The translations under genes were made by a program, and so were the position numbers. Positions 1 to 12,825 of a stretch of DNA of 64,000 nucleotides are shown here, in pieces (within the stretch, counting starts at the first letter, position 1; every line of letters begins with the position of its first letter). The stretch comes from Saccostrea echinata. Lineage: Eukaryota. Below the pieces are notes generated by a model. It had not been told where the DNA came from and did not search any database. It was given only the letters and a program-made list of their open reading frames with translations. The stretch covers positions 24,304,001-24,368,000 of the forward strand of contig NW_026889765.1 of the NCBI RefSeq assembly GCF_033153115.1. The letters are read 5' to 3'.

Positions 1-744
1 TTGGATTTAAATAAAATGCTACAAATATGAGAGACTGTTAGTAATTTATTGGTTTGTTTTAGAGTTGGAGCTTGATCTGTGAAATATTTTGATATATTTA
101 AAATTGAAAATATCACAAATATATGACATATCGAAAATTTTGTTTGGTTGTTGTTGTTTTATTTTGGGGTTTTTTTCGTAAGAAAATCAGTCACCGAAAT
201 CTGTTGGAGATGGAGTTTCTAGATCTATTTAATTAAAATATACTATATGTGTGTAAGTGAAAAGGCAAAAGTACATAGTGATGTTTGAATTCCCAATATT
301 GTGAATGTAGTGATGAAAAATAAACTTATTCTTTACCTACTTGTCCAGCAAAACTATTTCTCCTCAGCAGTTGTATGGCAACAACATAAAGAATTTTTGC
401 AGGGTTTCCAGATAGTTCCCTTTCGAATTTTATGAAATAAATGATATATATTATATCATATTTATTTATTAATTATATATCAACTAAATAATATTTAAAT
501 AAAATAATATCTTTTATTCATTTTTGTCATCTGGGCCAAATGCTTAAATAAGTATATCTGAAAAATGATGAAAGTGTTCTACATAAAGTTATATTTCTAC
601 AGTTTAAAACATGGTATATTAAATGGATGTTCACATAGTAGGAATGATAAAAACCATTTTAACACAAAATCTTCTCAAGTGATTTTGAACAAATTCAATT
701 ATATCAATATTTAAAAAGAATAGGATTGTTTTTAAAGCACAGAT

Positions 745-897
745 ATATGTGGTAAAAAGAAAAAAAAAGAAGAAAAAAATGTAATTGGCCTCGAATTTTT
801 ATTATAGATCTAGGTCATTTGAATATAAATTCGAGGCCAATTACATTTTCTTTTTTTTTCTTTTTTTTCTTCTTTTTTTTCAATTTTTACCACATAT
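745..897. repeat. Palindromic foldback/MITE-like element
   Basis: Left arm ATATGTGGTAAAAA..A-tract..AAAATGTAATTGGCCTCGAATTT is the reverse complement of right arm AAATTCGAGGCCAATTACATTTT..T-tract..TTTTTACCACATAT, around a ~25-nt loop. Confidence 0.7.
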
Positions 898-999
898 TAT
901 ACATGTATATATGAAAATGTGCGAATTTCGAGATATAAGTAAAATTGAAATGAAAAGGCACATGTAAAATGGTAATATAACTCGACTCTATCATTATAA

Positions 1000-2075
1000 A
1001 GTCGCATTTGTCAATATTCCTATATCAACAAGATCACAAGTCATTCCCCCAGTGACCTGCCACCGACCTTCGCTAGTGTTTCAGCTGCAAATTAGAATGG
1101 AGACTGCTTTTCATGAAATATAATTCCAAGATAAACAGTCTGCAATTTCTCACTTCCAATCCTGAATTGAAACTGCGTGGTTGGTTTGGTTTGAACATAT
1201 TTTTTGTATAAATAATATACAAATGGTTTGAACACAAGTTCTAACAACTTACGAGGTTCTCACCATAAATGGATACAACTGTCAAGGTCTATATTATAGA
1301 GAAAAAAAAAATATTGATATATACAAACATATTTGTTTTAAACATACATTCATTACATGATAAATATATAACTAACTAGAGTTTTAGTGTAAGGCTGTAA
1401 TAATTAATTGAATCTTCCAGAATCTCTTATAAATTTTTGTACAGATTGAAAAATATATTTATTGATTTCAACATTTTGTGACTCATCTCCCCACAGAAGT
1501 AGGTGACAATCAATAATATTCAATTTAGTGTTTGGTTTAATAAGACACAGTAGGTTTCTTAATAGTTCCTCTCTAGCATGTTGATATTTGTTACATACAA
1601 CTGCGTGGTTGATGTCCCTTACGATTATGCACAACATTTGACTTTTCGCTGTTAACACTTAATCGCCATTTTATACACCAATCATAAAATAGGTCCAGTA
1701 AAACTTGCATATCATTTCATTTTCTGTTAATAACACGATATCTTCTGCGTATAAAAGCAAAGAAACTTTCTCATCATTGATTGGAATTCCAGTATTTGTT
1801 TCCTTAATATTCACAGCTAAGTCGTTAATGAAAATTGAGAACAATGTAGGTGATAAAGTATCTCCCTGACGAACCCCGATTTTACTTATAAACCAATTTG
1901 TATGAAAATTATTCAAGCGCACACATGATTCAATCTTCAGGTAAAGGTTAGAAATAGCATTATACACAAACCGTCAATTCCATTGAGCCTAAGTTTATAT
2001 TGTAACAGTTGCCTGTCCACCAAATCAAACGCTTTTTGAAAATCTATAAACGTTGCGAATGTCGACTTTTTCAGA
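1000..2075 (-). mobile_element. Decayed LINE (CR1/L2-group) reverse transcriptase fragment, interrupted by a younger LINE
   Basis: ORF 1967-1671 has RT motifs GVRQGDTLSPTLFSIFINDL and LLYAEDIVLL (YADD degenerated). FIDFQKAFDLVD lies upstream (~2010-2050). RT thumb-like YLGIIFHEK..LAKVGGRSLG resumes at ~1170-1040, beyond the insertion. Frameshifted. Confidence 0.85.
1184..1598 (-). mobile_element. 5'-truncated LINE 3' end with 13-bp TSD
   Basis: TSD AACTGCGTGGTTG at 1171-1183 and 1599-1611. Encodes an ORF2 C-terminus (LLLWGDESQNVEINKYIFQSVQKFIRDSGRF), then a 3' UTR and a short CAAAC-like tail. Confidence 0.8.
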
Positions 2076-2964
2076 GATGATAAATCCTTAATTTTATTTA
2101 ATTTATGAAAATTCGGAGCATTTGGAATGTTTATTTTGCTGCATTTGAGAAGGCGTTTTTTATGTATGGCACTGGATACTTTAACTAACGCTAATTGCTG
2201 CTTGGCTATAATTTGAAATTAATCTATCTATTCCTTTATCTTATTTCATGTTTATTTTGAAATATTCATTAAAACAAAAGACACACTGACAACGCGATAT
2301 TACGTAGATAACATGGAAAAAGGTTAAAATATTTTGTTTTGTCCCCAACATTAAGAAGGTTAACCTGTTTAATTAGAAGAATATCAAATCAATCCCCTCT
2401 AACAATAGTCTAAATGTCTGTTTCTAATTATCCATGCATAGTTGGGAAATATCTGACTATCAAGAGAGCCAACAATAAACGATTTCTTAGTACTTCGATC
2501 ATACTTACATATATTTGTAGCATAGATTTACTTGAAAAATTCCATTATACTGAGGCTTAGCTGGTGCAATACTTTAACTGTGTTATTCTCTTTAATAATA
2601 AAGGCAATTTATTATACTTTTTAGTTCAGTTGGAAAAGCAACATTACTCAATTAATAAGCAATTCCTAAATGAAGACACCATACCTTTTTTCACGAAGTG
2701 ATCTCTTGTATTTATTTCAAGGAGTCTATTTCTAGGGGTCTAGGGTGATCTTTGAAATCAATTTCATGAGTATCTTTAAAAAAAAAAAAAAAAAAAAAAA
2801 TTATTTCTCAGAAATAATTTATTAATAAAAATAAATATTAGCAAATAAAAGACGTCGGAGATTCATTGCAAGAATTTTGAATTATGTTTTGCAAAAAAAT
2901 ATAAATTTCAAGACTTTCCTAACAACTTGCTCGAAACATTTTGAAAAATTCAAATTCTTTGAGA

Positions 2965-3070
2965 AACAAGATGTGTTAGTGAAACAATGATGCCCCCGTA
3001 TGGCAGCTTATGGCAAAGGTTAAAGTTTCTCAAATGCAAGTCAAACTCCAAGGTCAAGGTCAAGAAATAA
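2965..3070 (-). mobile_element. Helentron/HINE-like fragment
   Basis: AAACAAGATGTG..GATGCCCCC end followed by TCAAGGTCAAGGTCAA motifs, like the longer HINE copies in this window. Confidence 0.4.
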
Positions 3071-3469
3071 AATTTAAATGGAAAGTTTATCCTTTCCAAA
3101 AGAAGATATTGGTTTTAACATGGTACTTGTCTAGCGATTTGTAGGTAATATAAACGAAAACAAACGATTCAATCCGCAGAGTTTCCTTACTGGTCAAGAC
3201 GTAAGGTAAAATCTTAAAGTACATAACTATCACGGTTATGACATTGACACGATTTCACTATATCTACTGAATATATATACCTGTATAATCTTGATCGCTG
3301 AATGGTTGTTTGAGTTGAGTCACAGATATCATAAATCTATAGCGCATCATCAGCATTATGCATAAGTAGTGAATGGCTTGAACGGTTTATTGACTGATGC
3401 AAGGGTAAGGGTTAAAAGTCACGTTTTGTACTTACTGTAATTAGAAATAATTACTTCAGGATCTCATAG

Positions 3470-3640
3470 GCAAACAGGTTTCATCATTATGAGCACCTTA
3501 TTACATCTGTTGGGACTAAATGTGGTGTCCTGAAATGTCCACCTTATGTCGGTGGAAGAGAAGTAATATATATAATCATATAATTGATTAATAGCATTAA
3601 TTATTTGAGCGGAAATAAATATTTTGATGGTATGGTATTG
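3470..3640 (+). pseudogene. Orphan last-exon and 3' UTR fragment of a short-chain collagen C4-like paralogue
   Basis: Translates YEHLITSVGTKCGVLKCPPYVGGREV versus FEHYFNPVGAKCGVMKCPPYVGGREVMCAVCSK in the gene at 8907-9127. The terminal MCAVCSK is missing. Downstream 3' UTR (..TTGATGGTATG.TATTGT) also matches 9140-9210. Confidence 0.8.
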
Positions 3641-3978
3641 TGTTATCATGTCAATAAAATGTTATCATGAAATAAAGTTCAATAAAATAAACTGAGAAAA
3701 AAAAGAAAAGTAAGAATTCTGTAAGTATATAGAATTTGCTGGAAAACAATCTGGGTGCTGCATTAACATGCCTGCTAATATATTGATATGTGATTCCAAT
3801 ATAAAAGGCTTATTCATCATATCATGGGAGAAGCAGAGAATAAACTAAGAAAGTACTGACATGACATATATGACATATACATGACTGACACATGTTAGTC
3901 TTTAATTTGTCTTGTATTTGACGCTGTGGATTAATTACGCAGCTTTGTTAAGGCTTTCCGAAGGCTAATACATGTATG

Positions 3979-4264
3979 TTTGTTTTTTGTACGTTGTTTA
4001 ACGTCCCTCTCGGGAATTTTTCACTCATATGGAGAAGCCACCACTTGCCGGTGGAGAGCTGCAAGTTTTGTCCTATACTCGGCACTTACGGCCATTGAGC
4101 AGTGAGGGATCTTTTTCGTGCCAGCACCACCTCGGTTTATATGGTCTCATCCGAAGGACCGGTCTTCACGTCCCACAGTGGGATTCGAACCCGCGACGTA
4201 AGGATCTACTCCTTACGCCGCAACTCTAGAGCAGACGCTCTAACCACTGCGCCACGCGGCGACT
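3979..4264 (-). mobile_element. tRNA-derived SINE with Deu/Nin-type core
   Basis: Minus strand has A box TGGCGCAGTGG, B box GGTTCGAATCCC, core CGGATGAGACC..AAACCGAGG and a simple CAAA tail. TSD GAAGGCTAATA(TG) at 3960-3978 (interrupted by CATGTA) and 4265-4277. Confidence 0.9.
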
Positions 4265-6802
4265 GAAGGCTAATATGAGATACATCCTTACTCTTTAATT
4301 TCAAGCGAGGTTTTGATTTTAATTTGTTAACTTTGTATAAATGCCAATTTGCAAAGGGACCCATAAGGTATTAATTGTTATAAAGAAGTTTTGTGATGCT
4401 ACGTGACTTAGTTGATTACGTCACAGACACTTATAATTTTTCTTAAATGTTGCACAAAAATCGCATCGTCGTAAGTGCATGACAAAATTATTGTGAACGT
4501 TTTATTTTATTCATAAGTCGATCAATCTTATTCTAACGTATAACAATATAATGTGCTGGGGCAAATCTGAATTTTATTTGTAATTAAAGTAAATAATTTA
4601 TGAGAACACAAAATAGGATAAAATGTCCACTATTCATCGCAATTTATACAAAAAGGGATATGTTACATACAATCCCCCAGCATCCAGATTCAGTCAGCGG
4701 ACATAACTCTATTACAGATTAATTCACACAGAACATCTCAATATATCCTTATTAATCGCATGTGCCAGTCTATTATATACATATATAAATTATATCTCTA
4801 TATATGGATATGTAATGGGGAACTTTTCATATTAAATCCTTTTTATGTTATTATTTGAATGCGCTTAATATGAAACAACGATGCTGTTTTGCAAAAATTC
4901 ACTAAATCACAGCACATTTAACCTTATAACAACATTTTAGACACTTGAATTGAACATGACCATAAAAAATATTTCAACATGTCATATGAACTGATTTCTG
5001 TGCTATTTTACGGACTGTTTTATCCTAGCAACGTTACTGTAGACTAATTTTTGCATTACCCTGTAGTGTAATTGCCTTTTTCTTAATAGAACAATAATTA
5101 TTTTAGTCTATCCTCTCCAGATACCTTAAGATTGCAATATCATATACTAGTTCCATGTAACCATTTACTTATTTATGACGTCAAAAATATCTTCATCGTT
5201 GGAAAAATTGTGAGATATTGGCGCATGGTAGCAAAATGTTGGAATAGATATTGACTTCGGAAAAAAAAACATAATTGGAAAAAATCTATCACTGTCTAGT
5301 TCATAAGCTGCTTTGAAAAAAATAATTGTAAACAGGAAAAAAAACTGATTATGATATATAATACGTAAAAGGAAAATGACGTTGTAAATAACGAAGAAAC
5401 CTGGATGAAATGGCACGCTTTAGGAATTAACTTTATGAAATGTGTACAGCCTAATATTGCATCGACGAGTAAAATCTTGGAATGCAGTTTGGAATTATAA
5501 AAACAGCTTAAGTCTATATGCAGCTAACAAAGAAATACATACCTTAATTCTTTTTCATATCATAATTTGATTAATTCTATGAATTATAGAAAATGATATT
5601 ACAGTTAAAATGGATTGTGTGTAAAAGATATAAGCCTTTGTTATTTTTTTTTTTCAATGGAAACTTATTTGATTAAAATCTGTAGATATGTCAGTAAATT
5701 TATTTGGAAGGAACAAAGGGCTTTAAAAATGTTTTCTGCATAAATTTTGCAACTGTAGTCCTGAAAATATAGGATATAAAAAGGAGCAAATACATGTAGC
5801 ATGATATTAAACTTAAGAGTACTATGTTTGGTGTATCATTACATTTAAATCTAATCTCTCCGTGAAACATCTGGAAAACGAGAAGCATTTATAGTATCAT
5901 ATTTTCTTTTCTAACCATCAAGTATAATATATATAATACGTTAGTATGTATTATATTCTATAAAGCCTACCTTCAATCCTTACACCTTTTCTATATTTCA
6001 AGGCTTAATTCTTTAAAGGTAGGAAAACATCAAACTTTTTTTTAATATTAATACTTAAAAGTATGAAAGAGTAACGTAATATACATTGCCATCATGCTCA
6101 ATTTATTTACGATTATATATACAAGCCTTCTCTGTCGTTCTACAAAAACGTGAGTAAAACATTTTTTAATGTCGCTACTAAATATACCGTTTTATCAATA
6201 TTATCATAATTTAAAAAATCGATTTCAATTCTAAGATTTTACTAAGACTTTACAAACATAGTTAACGTGGTTTTGTAAATGTTAAACGAGAAATAGACAG
6301 TTAAAGTTCTGACGTGAACAAAGAATAATGTTTTAAAAAACCTATAAAACCCATTCCCCTTCTTATGTTACATTTACAATGTTTGTTCACATTCATTTAT
6401 GACATTAAAATTCATCTGCCATACAAATACACGTAAAAGTTAAGGTCAGACGACACGTTCCTCGAATATCTGTTTTGTGTCTTTTCACAATGTATAGAAA
6501 ATTTTCATAATTATAATTATTTTGCGGTATTTAAACTGTTCTTTAAATGTCTTTTAAAATACACCAAAAAATGTGATATTGACAATTCAAGAGATTTCCC
6601 AATAGGATTATATAGAAAACACCATCATCTGTTATGCCTGGCAAGGTACCTAAAATTTTGGGAGGAAACTTGTTAAAGTAGCAATACTTCAATGACAAAT
6701 TCTTGGGAAAAATTATACATATATATTGGTGAACATGTCGTCTGACCTTAAAGAACATTAAAAGATCACGTTTACTTATCACGTGTTTATTTTATTCCTC
6801 AG

Positions 6803-9127
6803 ATGATTGGTCTTCTCTCCTTCCTTTTGTTGCTCCTTCACACAGCAGACGGAGAATCAAAGGCCGGAACTTGTAAAGACATGTTACAGGGCTACCTTAC
6901 AGAACAACTGTCGTCTGCTCTAGAGATAGAATCTCTAAAGCAAGAATTCAAAAGGTTCACTGATGTCATTGATAAATCTGTGAACACATTAAAGGGACAG
7001 GTGGAGGCTAGTCTCAGAAAGGAAGGTACTATGGTTATAAGAGATGCAAGTCCTTTGAATGAAGTCTTCCTTTCAAGATTAAAAATGCTAAATATTTCAT
7101 AGAAAATGCTGCATCCATTTTCCCGTATTTTTTAAATCATTTTTGACAGATAAAAGAAAAAGAAGCAGTGTTTATACAAGATGGGGGAAGAGGAAGTGTC
7201 CCTCTAATGCTGAATTAGTTTTTTCTGGTAAATCAAAGTCTTCAAACTCGTTTGATATACAGTAATTACTTTAAAATAATTAGAGATTAGAGAGGATTCT
7301 TCTAGATCTTTTTGAAATTCCTCTGCATCAAGCAGAGCTAATTTGGCATTGTTCATATATGGGTTACAGGGATTACTGCAGGGACATATCTTTCACAAGA
7401 CTCTTTGAATGTCGACACTCTGTGTTTACCGAAGGACCCAGAGTGGGGAAACAACACTTATTATAGCGATGTTGGAACCCGCCTTTTCGGCGCTTTGTAC
7501 CACACGAGAACCATCAATTATCACCGTAATTCTTTATTTGGTCATGGCGTTCCCTGTGCTGTATGCTTGGTTCATAATAGATCTCTTACAAAAGCATTTC
7601 CAGGTGAGAAACAAATTACAATAACTAGAAAAATTCAGAAATATCAATGACTATAAAGGTACTCACAAGAAATAGAAAACAGCCAGGAATCTCGTTGATA
7701 TTTAAATTACATTAATTAGAAGACAGAGATCTCACTGGTAGACCAATTACAACTACTAGAAAACAGTTATCTCACTGATATAGGCAAATAACAATAATTT
7801 GAGAAAAGTCAGGGATATTACTGATAAAGACAGATTTCATTAACTAGAAAAGGTCAGGGATAATTCTGTTAAAGATAAAATACAATAAAAATAGAGAACA
7901 TTCTGGGATCTCATTGATAAAGGGTAAAAAGAGTGCCTGAAAAAATAAAATTTACAAAGAAAAGGAGAACTCGGAAAAGTTTTTTATTAAAAGTCCACTC
8001 TTTGAACGGAAAAACAAGTAGATGGGAGCCAACTGTCCTTTCTAGATGAAAAAACAAGGTTAACTAAGGGAACTTTTTTGACCTGTGAGTTACTGAAAAC
8101 TCAACACTGCTCAGTTTTAGTTGACAATATATCAAATTTAACTTGGACCCTTTGTGACTGCATACCCATAACAAATGATGTAATTTTCTCGTTTGTCTAT
8201 GTATTATGATGTCATGAATTACATCATTATCCTCAAATACTGAAAATTTCTTCAAAAACAGCCGAAAGTTTACCCTATTTTTCAACATTTTATAGATCAT
8301 TTTTATAGATCACGAAAGAACTTTTTCTGAAGATTATCAAACTTATTCCTCATATTTTCTTTACTGAAGGTAAAAAAAAAATACACCCGTTTTCTGCAAA
8401 ATTTGAGAATATTGCAATTATTTCACAAAGACTGTTTTTAATACCAGACCCCAAGACCATAAAGTGAGAACAGACTTAAGTCAAAATTAAAAATAATAAT
8501 AATAACTTTTGTAATAATATAGTGATAATGAATCAAAAATATACCTATATATTGTTCGAATTTAAAATATTATACAAAACTTTAAAATTTTTATCAAATA
8601 TGTAAAATAAAACTGAAGATATTCAAAATTTTTTTACTTAAGTCTGTTCTTAGTTTATGGTTAAAATTTTGGAGCCTGGACTCTCAGAAGAAACTTTTAA
8701 TAGGAAAGGACAGCACATAGTCTCTACTTTATTTTGATGTTTGAAATATAGGACATGGAGTCTTGGTCAGTTAATGGTTTACTGACAGTGCCGGTTTATG
8801 GATAAAGTAAGCCTAGCTCTTTCCATACTGAATAAGTAAAAGACCTTTCTCAGACAAAAGTGGGGGAAAGAGCAGTACCCCGCCTAACTGTGTTTGTTAA
8901 TTACAGCAAGAAAAACGTGTTATAAAGGCTGGCGACTGGAGTACCAAGGATACCTTATGGCTGGAGCATCATATGTATGTGTGGACAAACACGCAGACAA
9001 ACTACCCGGTGGCAAGACTTATAGATTTGAACACTATTTTAATCCTGTTGGAGCTAAATGTGGTGTGATGAAATGTCCACCTTATGTTGGTGGAAGAGAA
9101 GTAATGTGTGCTGTCTGTTCCAAATGA
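6803..9127 (+). CDS. Secreted short-chain collagen C4-like (NC1-like Cys-rich domain) protein without Gly-X-Y repeats
   Basis: Exons 6803-7025, 7150-7227, 7370-7603 and 8907-9127, all GT-AG phase 1, give one open frame: signal peptide MIGLLSFLLLLLHTADG, coiled-coil-like region, then VYTRWGKRKCP..ELVFSG, LCLPKDPEWG, VPCAVC, FPARKTCYKGWRLEYQGYLMAG, CGVMKCPPY..REVMCAVCSK. An acceptor AG directly precedes the ATG, implying an upstream UTR exon. Confidence 0.85.
7605..7925. repeat. Degenerate ~45-bp minisatellite in intron 3
   Basis: Recurring AAATTACAATAACTAGAAAA..CAGGGATCTCACTGATA-like units, about 7 copies. Confidence 0.55.
8443..8680. mobile_element. MITE-like inverted repeat
   Basis: ACCATAAAGTGAGAACAGACTTAAGT (~8455-8481) mirrored by ACTTAAGTCTGTTCTTAGTTTATGGT (~8636-8661). 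Outer CCAG..CTGG ends. Confidence 0.55.
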
Positions 9128-9299
9128 TGAAATAAATAATATACAATCACATAATCAAACGCATTACTTAATAATTGAACGGAATTTTTATTGATGGTAT
9201 GATATTGTCGTTTTACTTTGTCCAACTTCACATTGAATAGTATGTAGATGAGAAGTAATGTTTACCGTCTGATTAAAACATGATTGTGACGTAAACCTT

Positions 9300-10600
9300 T
9301 TGTTTGTGTTGTCCATTCTATAGCTTAATGTTTAGCTAACTCCCCAAACAATCCATTAAGTTACCTGTAAGTGTCCATTCTTTTTGGAAAATTGTCCATT
9401 CTTTTAAGAATAGACAGTTTTTTCAAAAAGAATGGACAGTTAAAACAAACAGAATGGAGAGTTACAAACTTTGGAATGTGTTCAAGAGGGAAACAAAAAC
9501 AAATAGATTAAATACTTTTTAATTTACATGTAAATTACAAAAAGAACGCGGAGATAAAGTTAATCCAGAACACAATGACTGCACAGCATCCACTCGATTT
9601 TACTCTTTTAAATCCATGAATAATGCACATTATTTCAATACTCAAAACTAAATTTTCACAAAACTTGAATTCAAATGACACAATTTCACATCTGATTAAA
9701 TTTCGGAAAAATCATTCCCTCGAGGAGAATTCATTTTCAGATAGAAGTACGTATAGTACTAGTATATTAAATCCTCCACCCAGAAAATAGCTTGCACCAT
9801 GAACACTACGCTGCTGCAGTAAATATTTCGATAGAAAATAAATAAAAATGCAACATTTCCAAATTTGACTTGAAAAACATTTTCAGGTCGAAGATTGACT
9901 CATGGCTAATATAACACTCAGAACACAATTTGCATCTCACCATTACACTGCTGCAGTTGATATGTCCTCAAAAACAGAATTCAAATACTATATTTCTAGG
10001 TTTGATTCAAATTTGATCATCTGTATCTGTCGTCATAGTTCATTTTTGGGTCCAAATTTGGCTAATATTTCTTTTACTCTTACTTTTGTTTCCAGATCCA
10101 AATATCACTAATTTTGTGCATATTTTGGTTCATTAGAATTTGATTCTGTCATATACTCTCTCCATCACAGGAAAACATGTATGCCTTTACAATGCAAACT
10201 GTAAACTGATTTTGAAGCATCGCATACTTGTATAAATACTAGTATCCCAAAAATCCACCTGTAACTGTCCATTCTTAAGACAAAGACCTTTTGTTATTTG
10301 CATCTGGAAACACAATGGCTATTCAACAAATTGCTCTGCATCCCTAGCTCACCTGTGACTGTCCATTCCGATAAACAATGAACTTGTCATTGTATATCTG
10401 CTACCTGTCATATCTGATACCAGTTTTGTACATTTTTTATTTAATTTTCAGAACAAAGGAAATCATGTTTAAAGTAGGAGAAAGGCCTCAAACTGTTCAT
10501 TCTGTGAGAGAAAGAACTAATCTCGGGCCTACGGCCCTCGATTACTGTAGTTCTTTCTCTCACATAATGGACAGTTTTCGGCCTTTCTCCTTTGCTTAAT
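9300..10600. mobile_element. Non-autonomous Crypton-like element with terminal hairpin
   Basis: 44-bp inverted arms (10476-10519 / 10548-10591) around CTCGGGCCTACGGCCCTCG. The arm motif TGTCCATT/AATGGACA recurs many times at 9310-9460 and 10260-10370. Family assignment is from recalled architecture only. Confidence 0.5.
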
Positions 10601-11886
10601 ATGCTAAAGGGAAAGTATTAGCTGAAAAAATGATTGTTGATGGTTTGAATTCATTTTTTTTCAAACAAAAGAATGTCTCCCCTCTCTAATATTCCTGGCT
10701 ACCACTATAGTGTATATAAAGTGATTTTTCACACTTATCTTTGCATCAGTCAATAAGCCGCTGATTCAAGACATTTTTACTTATGCATGATATTGCTGAT
10801 GCCCTATACAGGTTTATATTTAAATAACTTTCAGGAGATCAAGGTTATTGGACAGGTACGTGTTGTAGATATAGTGAAATCGTGTCAGGTACCCTGATAG
10901 ACCTTTACCTTTGAGATTTGACCTTATTTCTTGATCACTAAGGACACTCTGCGGAATGAATCGTTCGGTTTCGATTTTATGACGTTAAGACAGCTAGACA
11001 ACTACATCAAATCAAATCAATCTTTTCTTCCATTGGCAGAGACCTCCTAGTCCAACATTATTTCTTTGGTAATAGTCAAAATTCGTCCTTTGAATGTGCT
11101 TTTTATTCGGAACCCGAGATCTGATTAGAACAGGAATATCAAGATCATATATATATATATTTTTTTTTTGCCGTTGGCATACCAGTAGGAGAATCAGTAG
11201 CACGCCCACGTTCGCTAGATCTCCCCTTGGATTATATGAGCCAATTCATATTTCAGATCTCAATTTAGTACAGAAAATCAAACTTGGCCGATATAATGAT
11301 AGCTATATATTATTTTGAACTTTTCATCCCTTTAAACACATTTCAAATATATAAATCATGAAGCAACATTGTATATTTACATCCTGGAAATTTCCTGTAA
11401 TTTGGTTACAAATTAATTTAGTTACGCCTTTACCTAAAGATTATAGTGTAGATAATTCCTGTAATTTTAAAGTACGACAAAATAAAAATTAATATACATA
11501 TCAACAAAAAACATTGTTTAATCTTTTCAAATATCAATTTCTTGAACAACAACGAAACACGTGCACCGTAGAAACAAAATTATTGCAATATTGAAAACAA
11601 GATCATTTTGTATACAATTATAGCAGCTCCGGTATCTGGAAAACAACACTAGATATCCGAAATCATAAACAAAAAAAAAAAGAATCTAAAAAAATTATTG
11701 TAGATTAAATTCTGTATGAAAATTAAATTAATGAATATAAATTTAGTTTGATTATCATATCAATAATTCTTTTAAATGCATATGAAATTGCAATATTAAT
11801 TGTTTTTAGTGACATGCAATTTTAATAACGATAAATGAAAAAAGTGTCTCTAATTCAATCCGTCAGGATCCAATGCTTAACATCTT

Positions 11887-12825
11887 TTACACATGATTTT
11901 TCTTACAGTGAATAAATAACCCGGAAGGTTGCTTGAATCTTTTGCTGCAGACTTCACAGGAATAGGGTTCGTCCATTGTGTGACGACGCTCGTGACAGCG
12001 TACATGTGACAACTGGCGAAACGACTTGTGACAAAATTTACAATTGTACGGCCTGGTGTCGGTATGAATTCTTGCGTGGATAATCAAATTTGTCTTGTTA
12101 TTAAACACTCGATAACATTGTTGACACTGAAAGTATTTTTTGCCCCGTTTCTCCAAATGTCTACCTGGTGAGATCGACGACTCTCTAGATATACTTTCCA
12201 TGTCTTTACTTCGAACATTATTCTTGGGACGACCACGTTTTCTAAAACTTGCCGTGTTGTTGTTTTCATCGCTTTCAATTTCAGCAAATGGAGTCCGTTT
12301 TTCTGCATCTAAAAATCTCTGCACTATGGCGCACTGTCTGTCCAACTTTCTTGAACTTTTACCTAATTCATTTACATGCCTATCTGTCATTTGACATGGC
12401 ATTGGTTTTTGCATACAGTTTTCTAAGTTCAATAAATCTGTACAATAACTGTTCTCTGCCTTTTCTGTTTTCGGCGTGAAAGTTGATTTCTCTCTCGTGC
12501 AGTTGCCTGTGCAGTTGCCTTCACCGTCCATGTGATGTATTAGATCCTGTCGTCTGCAAAATCCTCTCGAACAGCACGGACATTGCGTCATCAGATCCGT
12601 CACATGGCGTCGCCATAGGTTTTCCGGTGACAGAAGCGGAACAGAATGACAGAAGAGATGCATGTCCAGTTCTATTTTCCGACAGTATGCTTTTCCGCAC
12701 ACCATGCAAAAATGAAGTTTTCGGCAAATACCAGACCGGACGTGCGACATGTTTTGATTTGAACTTCCATTCATGTTTCTAAATCTGACACTAGATGATG
12801 CTCGATGTTCTTCGGCAAAATGTTT
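11887..12825 (-). CDS. C2H2 zinc-finger protein with AT-hook
   Basis: ORF 12774-11887 has two N-terminal fingers (CMVC..H..H; CPCC..HH..C), an AT-hook RKRGRPK, and three C-terminal linked C2H2 fingers (HTDTRPY and HTMDEPY linkers). The frame stays open to a TTTTTTAG acceptor at 12826, so an upstream exon is likely. Confidence 0.85.
   Translation of the reverse strand, partial: KHFAEEHRASSSVRFRNMNGSSNQNMSHVRSGICRKLHFCMVCGKAYCRKIELDMHLFCHSVPLLSPENLWRRHVTDLMTQCPCCSRGFCRRQDLIHHMDGEGNCTGNCTREKSTFTPKTEKAENSYCTDLLNLENCMQKPMPCQMTDRHVNELGKSSRKLDRQCAIVQRFLDAEKRTPFAEIESDENNNTASFRKRGRPKNNVRSKDMESISRESSISPGRHLEKRGKKYFQCQQCYRVFNNKTNLIIHARIHTDTRPYNCKFCHKSFRQLSHVRCHERRHTMDEPYSCEVCSKRFKQPSGLFIHCKKNHV

Noticed and set aside
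4170-4264. tRNA gene on the minus strand (also 27033-27095 on plus)
   Set aside because: The A/B boxes are SINE heads, followed by a SINE body and flanked by TSDs. No complete acceptor stem.
12084-12782. Five short ORFs overlapping the zinc-finger gene
   Set aside because: Alternate-frame or antisense shadows of the real CDS, with no motifs.
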